The notes under the pieces were generated by a model. It saw only the letters and a program-made list of their open reading frames with translations. It did not search any database and was not told the origin of the DNA. DNA of 64,000 nt from the human T2T-CHM13v2.0 reference genome, Homo sapiens. The position numbers and the translations under genes are program-made. Below, in pieces: positions 54,906-64,000 of the stretch. Numbering within the stretch: the first letter of the stretch is position 1; every line of letters begins with the position of its first letter. Location of the stretch: the NCBI RefSeq assembly GCF_009914755.1, contig NC_060937.1; one strand, written 5' to 3'.

Positions 54906-57900
54906 GTCCTGAGGCAAGGTTTGGAAAACCAACTTATTTGAGGAAGGCTGGCTGCATTTTTTCCAGGTTTTGTGATGATCCAAGGTCATGTTCCCACCTC
55001 TGGGCCACAGAGATCGGTCCCAGGCAGCTCCCAGTGACCCCAGCCTGTGCGGGTGTTTGGAAGTGGAGACGCTTTGGCTCTCTTTAAGAGTCAAAATGGG
55101 GAGGAGAGGCTCGGGCCATGCCAGCTAGAGACACACAGGGACAGAGAGGAGCTGAGATGCCGCTGTCTCCGCCACGCTGTGGGGAGGTCACTTCTCCTTC
55201 ACTTGGGGCAGTCTTGGAGGCCTGGAGAGGGCTGGCAGCATTCCAGTAAAGGCCTCTGTGCTGTTAATTCTTCATTTGTGCCTCTTCCTCCTCTGGTAGG
55301 GCATGTGGAGGACACAGGCAGAATCCCTGTACGACCCACTCACTGGTAGTTCCGAGTTCCACCAAACGTCTCAGCTGCCCTACTCAGGCAGCGTGAGAAT
55401 GGGGCCTTGGCGTGGGGGCTGAGACTCAAGAGTGCGGCCCCCAAGAGCACTGACGCCCCTGATGAGGGAGTCAAGTTGACCCATGGAGTGGCCTGGGCAA
55501 TGCATGGGCATGCTCCCTGTCCCTGCCCTCACATATTCCCACTCACATAAGTCTCATGGTCCCTGTGTTTCTGTATTATACATTCTTTTTGGGGGGCTTC
55601 CTGCTTTCATCTATTTTAAAATTAAAATACCCTAGGGAGTAGTACATTGAATGAATGTACATGAATGTGGTCAAGCAACTTATGTGCCCAACTTTTCTTC
55701 TGGGGGTGGGGAGATTAGATGGCCTTTATAGGGAATGCTACACAAATGACCGGAGTGAGGGAGTAAGGGAGTAAGAAACGCCACGACAAATGTGTCCTGC
55801 TTCCCCTTTCCTTAGGCCTGGCCTTCACTGTCATTAACACATCAACTTACCTCACCGTAGTGGGTCCCCTACTACTAGACAAGCACTTTCTCATGCACCT
55901 CCTCATGTGACCTTCACCACAGCTCTGTGGGCTGGCAGGGAAGGTGCATAAACCCATTGTACAGATGAGGAAACAGAGACCTAAAGAAGCAATGTGAGTG
56001 CATGTGGTTCAGCAAGTAGCAAATAGGAGGGCCAGGACCAAAACCCACAGTGTCTGTCTCTTGGTATTGTGGCCCTTTCCTAATACAGCCCTGGGTCACG
56101 GGAAGTGACTTGGCTGATAGTGGTGTCAATACTGGGAGAGCCTTAAAGTACACTAGGATTTCACAGTGGCTTGGGGGTGGAGAGCTAGGGAGAGGAGAGG
56201 ACAGGGATCTTTACAAAGTCAAGGGTGAACAAATACCCTTGGTGCCAGGAGAGTGGGCCGACTCCCAGGAGCAGCCAGGCCTCTGAGGCTTCAGAAGATT
56301 GTGGGAAAGCCTGGGTTACTGCATGGCCAATGGAAAAATTGGCGCTGGGAAAGTCTGGGTTCCCTGCAAGTCCTCTGATTCTCAGAGGAAGCAGGGTCAG
56401 AGAGCAGTGGGAGCAGCTTTCTCCTTGGTCACACACCCATCCTCAGCTCTCCATGGGTCCCAGGGCAAGGACTTCAGCAAGCCATGGGGAATAGGATGCA
56501 GGGTGGAGAGAATTCGATTTCAAGAGGGCTGCCAGGGGCCCACACTCAAGACCTGGACGGTGTGGGCCATTGGATGGTATTCACACTGCAGGAACCCCAG
56601 TGCAGAGAAAAGCTGCAGATTCAAAAATCCCCAGAGATTCTGCCAAAGACAAAATTCAGGATGAAGGGAGATGAAAAGTGTACTCTAGACCTCCACAATT
56701 GCAGACTCCTTTTATCTGCTGTGGAAAGGAAGTTCTCAAAGCTTGTTTAGCACCTGGGTGAACTCAACCTTTCTTCTTGTTCCCTGCCATCCAACAAGAA
56801 GGTGTGCAGCCAGCATCCCTTTGCTACATAAATCATTTAATTCATCATCCACTTATGTATTTATTCATCACCACTGTGCCTTGCCAACACTATGCTATGT
56901 TTGGGAACGAGCTAATTCTTGCCTACGGGAAGCTTTCCGTCCAGTGCGGGAGAGTCACACAATCACAATGTCATTATTTGGAAAATCTGGCAAATGCTAG
57001 GAGGGAAGAGGCCCATGGGGCTGCCTCTCTGAGAGAGCACTACAGCAGTGCATGTCACTCGAGTGTGCTTTAAACGCTATGCAAAGATGCACAGAGATGA
57101 ATGAAACCGAGTTTTAGCCAAAAGGAAACCTAAGGATAAGTAAGCTGTGTACAACTAATATCTGGGAATCACCTGACCTTCAGCATTGTTTCACAGATAG
57201 AGTGCAGATAACATTCACAGAAACATCTCCTAACTTCTGGGCTTTTATTAATACTGTTAGCACAAATGCAGATAGATTTCTCCACAACCTCAGCAGCAGC
57301 CAAAGCTGGCTTCCCTTAGCCAGCACCTGTGACAGCAAGGCTGAACTCCTGAGAGAGTTCCTGGGTCTTTCGTAAGACAAAGCACAGGCAAATATCTACG
57401 GAGTGGCTCAGTCTCCCTGCTTTGAGCTCCTGGCAGGGAGAAATGTCATTTATGGTGTTTCAGAGTCCTGCTCATTTAGCTGAGTTCCAGACTCGAAATG
57501 AATCATCTTTTATTCCAAAATCATAATGCAGATACTAGAAGATTCAGAGGCGCCAGAAACAGCATCTATTGTCATAACTGTTGTTTCACCACTAAATTCA
57601 TCTTCCCCGCAAAGCCTGAGCTGTGCCTCCACCCAGAAGTGCTTACCCAAATTACCCAAAGCTGCCAGAAGGGAAAGGAAATATTTTTGAAATGCAGTGG
57701 GTTCTCCAGTGTCTTCTCTGGTTTAAACCATCTGTGGTTTATCTCCAGGAAAGGGGCTACTCACCCAACCCCTCTCCACCTTGCCATCCCTAGACTCATG
57801 CAAGAGTTTAGATAGAGAAGGCATCCCACTGGCTGTCTAGTTGAACCCCCTTATTTTGTAGATGAAGGAACAATGCTCAGTGAAGAGACTTTGGCTGTGG

Positions 57901-58168
57901 TAAGGAGTGGAGCTGTGTCATGACCAAGGTCTGACTCTAGTTCATCTATTGCTCTCTCCATCCTCACATTATTAACCTCAACAAAGCTATTCCTCATTGC
58001 CCCGAGGAGGGTGGACCATGTCCTAAGTTCTTATGTGCCAGCATTAGACGTCGTGCTATCAAGAATTATCTTGTCCCTTTAAACGGTATCAATGGGGCTA
58101 GCTCCACCCTTGTCCCTAAATTAAAACTCGAGTAGACACCATGGATTCTTCCAGTCACTTTAAGTTAA

Positions 58169-58487
<319 letters not shown>

Positions 58488-59759
58488 TCAATTCAGTAAT
58501 TAAGATGTTCCATTCCCATGTAATAAAGCTCTGGACCCTCAAGTACGCTCTGCAGGAATCAGAAATCCTGCAGTCGAAGAGGGATGAATACTTCTCCTTT
58601 TTCTCTCCTGGTTGTGCTCATGTAGGTTCGGATCCTTCCGAGGTAGAAGTAGAGGGGACGGAGAAGCAGGATAGTTCTTCCATGACTGATCCTATTCAAG
58701 AGGTCTAGCTTTGACCCTCTCTGGATTCGACAGCTGTTTAAAGCTGCTGCTTCTTAGTCTTTATGGTGGCTTTTGTGGTTCCTTGGTTACCCCTTTCCCT
58801 GTGAAAGTCGTTGATGCCAAGGTGAAGTCACTTACATCAGGCCTAAGCAAAGTGGAGCCGAGGGGGTCATGAAGGAGGGGATCTCACACTCAAACAGCAT
58901 GACAGTGCTGTTGTGGTTGGATAATATTTTGAAATATATAAAAGTTCTTTGGTTTTTTTTGTGTGTGTGACTATCTATTTAACCAGAGCCATCCATTTTA
59001 TTAGGATAAATTAAAAATACACATAGAAAGGGTCTTTATTCAGTTTTTGGCTTTTAAAATAGGTTCTTGGCCCATTTCAGAAGCTTTATGAGAGGAGGAA
59101 AAAAGAAAAAACAAAGAATAATTTTCAAATTAAAGGGCAAAGCCCAGAAGAAATGAGAATGAAAGAGAAGAGGAGGGGATGTCCAGTTAAAGATAACAAA
59201 GCAAATGCATGCACTGGCTTCTACTCCCTCCTTAAGTCCCGATAAAACACAGAGAAGGGGTTGTTTTTAAAAATCAGAAATCCACAAGAACAAAAAGAAT
59301 CAGAAAGAAACCAATAGCAACACAATTTTGAAAGCAGAAAAGCTGAGGAATGAGTGGAAACGGAATTAGCAAAAATAATAAATCTGAATTCTAAGCTGGC
59401 AGTGGGGAAAGCCAAGAACCAACCCAACTTATACTACAGAGCCACCTCCCTCTCACCAAGGCTGGAAAATTAGCAGGCCAGGTGCTTCCTGAAGCACGGG
59501 GATAGATGGAGCCAAGGACAGGAAGACTACGTTTTCAAGAAGCAAACTCTTAGATTCTCTCCCCTACAAACTGCTCCTCCATTTTGTAGAAGATAGGAGG
59601 TTTATTCTTTGGGGAGGACAAAACTCAGGGTCCTTAAACTGCAGATATCAGATATTGCAGAAGATGGTGGTATCTCACAAAAAACTGGCAAAAAATAAAA
59701 TTGTACATTATGTGTTGAGACCTTCCTCCTCCCCAACTCCCGCCTGGCCCCCTCCCCAC

Positions 59760-60480
<721 letters not shown>

Positions 60481-60485
60481 TCCCC

Positions 60486-60487
<2 letters not shown>

Positions 60488-60540
<53 letters not shown>
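60488..60540. repeat. (AC)26 microsatellite
   Basis: Read directly. Confidence 0.97.
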
Positions 60541-60545
<5 letters not shown>

Positions 60546-60549
60546 AGAC

Positions 60550-62200
60550 GCCCAGAGGCTTTCCAGCCTTCCTTCCTCACTCAGCTCCCAGAATGCTGGC
60601 AGCCAAACTTGTCCCTTCTAACAGGAGAATGGAAGCATCTTCCCCAGGGAATCTGACCAGCTCAGGAGAATAGGCCTAGAAGTGCTAATTCTGGGGACTC
60701 GCCCATGCACACAGAGCTTCTAATAACTGTTTTATCGCTCCTCTCTTAAATATGAGCAGATGTCCAAGGATCACGGGGCACTTTTGGAAAGCCTCTAATA
60801 TGATATAGCCTAAAATTAACAGATAACTGTAGCTTGGAGGAAACAGAGAATATACAGGGAGAAAGAAGCTTCTAAAAGATTATAAATTATTATTAATATC
60901 CATAGAGAGATAAGAAAGATATTGCATCACTGAAACAAGAACAAAATGCTAGGAATATTCAGAAAACCAAAAAAAGAGTTATTGGACAATATGACAGCAG
61001 GAATGAAAAGTTCAAGAAGTGAGTTGGAAGATAAGGTTGAAGAACTCTCTAAGAAGATGAGCAAAAAGACAAACATAGATAGGGGAAGTTTAAGAAGAGA
61101 GAGAGAGAGAGGCTTAGACCAGGAGTTCCATCCTCCACACACTGAGATCAAAAAAGAAAGAAAAGGAAAAGAACATAGGGGAAGACATGCTCAAAAAAAT
61201 CATCCAAGACTATGTCCCAGAACACAAGTTTGCAGATGGAAAGGGCTCCTGAGTGCCCAGAAGAGTGGATGAAAACAGATCCAACCAGGACACATCACTA
61301 TGGAATTTCAGAATACTGGGAGCAAAGAGAAGGCCTAAAATCTCCTACAGAGAAAAAGTGGAAGAGAGACAGAACAAGAGCAAGTAACAAAAATAAAAAT
61401 AAAGTTATATAAAATAAGACAAGCAATAAAAATAGCTTCAGATTTCTCAATGACACCACTGGAGGGTGTTAGAACAATGGAGGACAAGGAAACATTAATG
61501 TCAAAATTCTGAGAGAAATGATTTTCAACTCCAAGTTTTATTCTTAGACGAATTATCAAGAATGAGGGTAGAATAAAGGCGTTTTTCAGGCACATGAGAT
61601 CTCAATTCACACGAATGCCCCCTCTTCTGGGAAGCCCCACCAAAATGTGGGAGTTAAGCAAGACAGGGGTAGAGGTGGCATCAGGAAGCAGGAGATCCAA
61701 TACAGTGGTCAGGGGAGGGGAGATCCCAGGGGACAGCTGTGGCCCAGGCCCAGGCAGAACCCCAGTCCAGAATGGAGCAGTCGGAAGTCATTAAAAGAGA
61801 CAAGACGAAATTAATGGAACTCCTAAAGTAACTGAAGGTGTTAAAAGGAGAATGAACATTGCTGGAGGAGAGTTTGAGAGTGAATTAGTAGTAAGTATGG
61901 AGAAAACTCAGCAACTGAGAGAAAAACAACAGTTACATATTAATGTCAAACAAAGAGTTGTGCAGGAAAGGAAGAATAGTGTGGTCTACTACATACCCAG
62001 CTGTGAATGGCATTTATGTAGTTATGTAAAATATAAATAGCACCGAATAGTGATCCACCCAAGTTACAATACACAATATTGGAATGAGAGAGGGGATGGG
62101 AAATCTGCTCATTTTTTAGTTGTGGGAAGTCAGTATATAATGCCTAACACTAAAAATTTTTAAAGTAGTAAGATAAGCATATTACTTAAAGCAATGTTTC
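60550..62200 (+). mobile_element. Old L1/HAL1-like 5'/ORF1 remnant
   Basis: ORF1-like decayed coding (agttggaagataaggttgaagaactctc; aaattctgagagaaatgattttcaact). Confidence 0.62.
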
Positions 62201-63819
62201 TTGAATTTCATCATACATCGGAATCAACCGGAGGGCTTGTTAAACCACCAGTTGTTCTGCCCCATCCTTCTGCTCCAGCCACACAGAACGTCTCTCACTT
62301 CCCTGCAGTGTCTAATTCCCTTGTGATGTTGGACTTTTGCATGTGTCACTACAGTAATTGGGATGTTCTTCCCTCAGCCTTCACCAGGATGAGCTCACAT
62401 TCATCCTTCAAGTATCAGCCTAGATATGGCTGACTCTGAAGAGCCTTTCCTGACCTCGCGATCCTTCTGGGGTCCCTCTTCTACCTGTACTTCCCCTGGC
62501 CCAGCACTGGTCACCCATCTTCTAGCAGACTGTAAGGTGAAGAGAGCAGAGACTATGCAGGGAATACTCAAAGGCTCTGTGGCTGCCCAGCACCTTTGGA
62601 ACACCCTTCTTGTGTTTGGGGAATTTTCCGTCTCATCTGTGAAAGTCAGAAATTTATTTCCCAGCCTCCCTTACAGCCAGAACTCAGACATGTGATCCAG
62701 GCTCCACCAATCACAGGCATCCATGCCAGACCTCAGTGAAGAGAAAGATGCCATATGAAAGTCATTGTGTGAGGGCAGGAAATCAAGCTTTTAGAAGAGC
62801 AGGAACAGAGGCCCTGGCAGAGGGGTCCCTGCCTGGGACAGTAGTGTGAGCCAGAGCCCACACCCTGCTGCAGGGGCAATAAGGGCTCTTTTGGAGCATT
62901 CCAGAACTATTTTCTGCATAATGTTCTTGGCTGTGTAGTCACTTACCCTCACTCTCTGGCTGTGGGGGAAATTTCCTGAGCTACTTAATATCCTTCGATA
63001 AATGCCATCTCTAATAAGCTAGCAAGAGTGGGTTTCTTTCTCTTTTTTTAACTAAGAACCAGGCCAAGATAGAGAGTAACTGTCTTGCTTTGAGTTTTAT
63101 CCTCAGTGCCTAGCAAATCTTGGGCATGCAATAGATACTCAGTACATGTTTAATGATACAGATGAATGAAGTAAAGAATATTTGATGACCTCTGACTTCC
63201 CTGAGGGAAGGAGTGTGAGGCCACAGTAGGCGCTTCTCATCCTGCCCCTTCCCAATGAGGAACCACACATCTAGGTTTGTATCCAGGCCTTATAACCCCA
63301 CACCCAAATGCAGGCAAAGGAAAGATGCCCCCTTGATCCATGGAGGATCCCGTTCTGAAGATCACGATCACCTCTTTAACACCAGGGAAGGGTGAGTCAT
63401 ACGGGTGAATTCTCCCTCTCACGGTTGCAGGTGGGTAGGAGCACACTTCAACACTTGTTTTCCTATTTTTATGCCCACTGCGAACTCCTCCAGCCAGAAG
63501 CGCTGGTTTTGCTCGTGTTTTATGGCTGCGCTGTCTGTGCCTGCCTCCCTCCTCCTCCACAATTTGAAATGAGCTCTTAAGTAATATAAAACAATGCTTC
63601 GTGACAGCCTGACTGGGGTTGGATTGCTAGGGGCGGTCACTGCACACTGAGCTGCACATTTGCAGAACTCAGAGCTGGTTGCTTAGCAACAAAATGAGAT
63701 GCTGGATTAACTAGTTCTAGACCCACATTTCCCTAACCAATGCGGCTTTAACCCTTTGCTGCAGAGCAAAGACCCCAGCAAAGCCTTGAGAACAGAACAG
63801 TTGCTCATGTTGGTTGAGA

Positions 63820-64000
63820 GCTTACTCTGCTTTAAGCACTGTTCTAATGCTGTGCATCACATTATATCTCAATTAATCCTCACAACAACCCAGTGAAGTG
63901 GTGCTAGTATTAGCTTTGGTTACAAATGAGAAACCTGAGGCATAGGGAGCCCAAGGTCACACAACCAGTAAAAGGTGGAATGGGGATTTGGACCCAGGCT
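63820..64000 (-). mobile_element. MIR (runs off the window)
   Basis: taatcctcacaacaaccc...atgagaaacctgaggcataggg...cccaaggtcacaca. Confidence 0.8.

Noticed and set aside
60946-61272. 108-aa coiled-coil-like ORF
   Set aside because: Decayed L1/HAL1 ORF1-like remnant, not an independent gene.

Overview
Primate, almost certainly human, genomic DNA. Two recognisable genes place it at chr13q14.3 (from recall; not checked against a database). TMEM272 (formerly LINC00282) lies on the minus strand. The ORF track misses it because it is spliced: four coding exons (27151-27208, 15248-15307, 10738-10820, 5451-5813) join via GT-AG junctions into 564 nt = 187 aa + stop, a 4-TM protein, with a probable non-coding exon 1 ending at 33696 and a ~3.4 kb 3'UTR. 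CCDC70 lies on the plus strand: non-coding exon 1 ends at 50924 and a single coding exon carries CDS 54079-54780, built from 22 aromatic heptads. The rest is an ordinary transposon mosaic (Alu, MIR, L2, old L1, Tigger2/3, MER1B, MER5, MER20, Zaphod, ERV1 and MaLR LTRs), plus microsatellites and one 27-bp minisatellite. Repeat subfamily names come from remembered consensus sequences and some boundaries are approximate. I see no evidence of a new multi-gene system, CRISPR array or RNA gene. The best leads are the poorly characterised proteins themselves and several regulatory and structural features.
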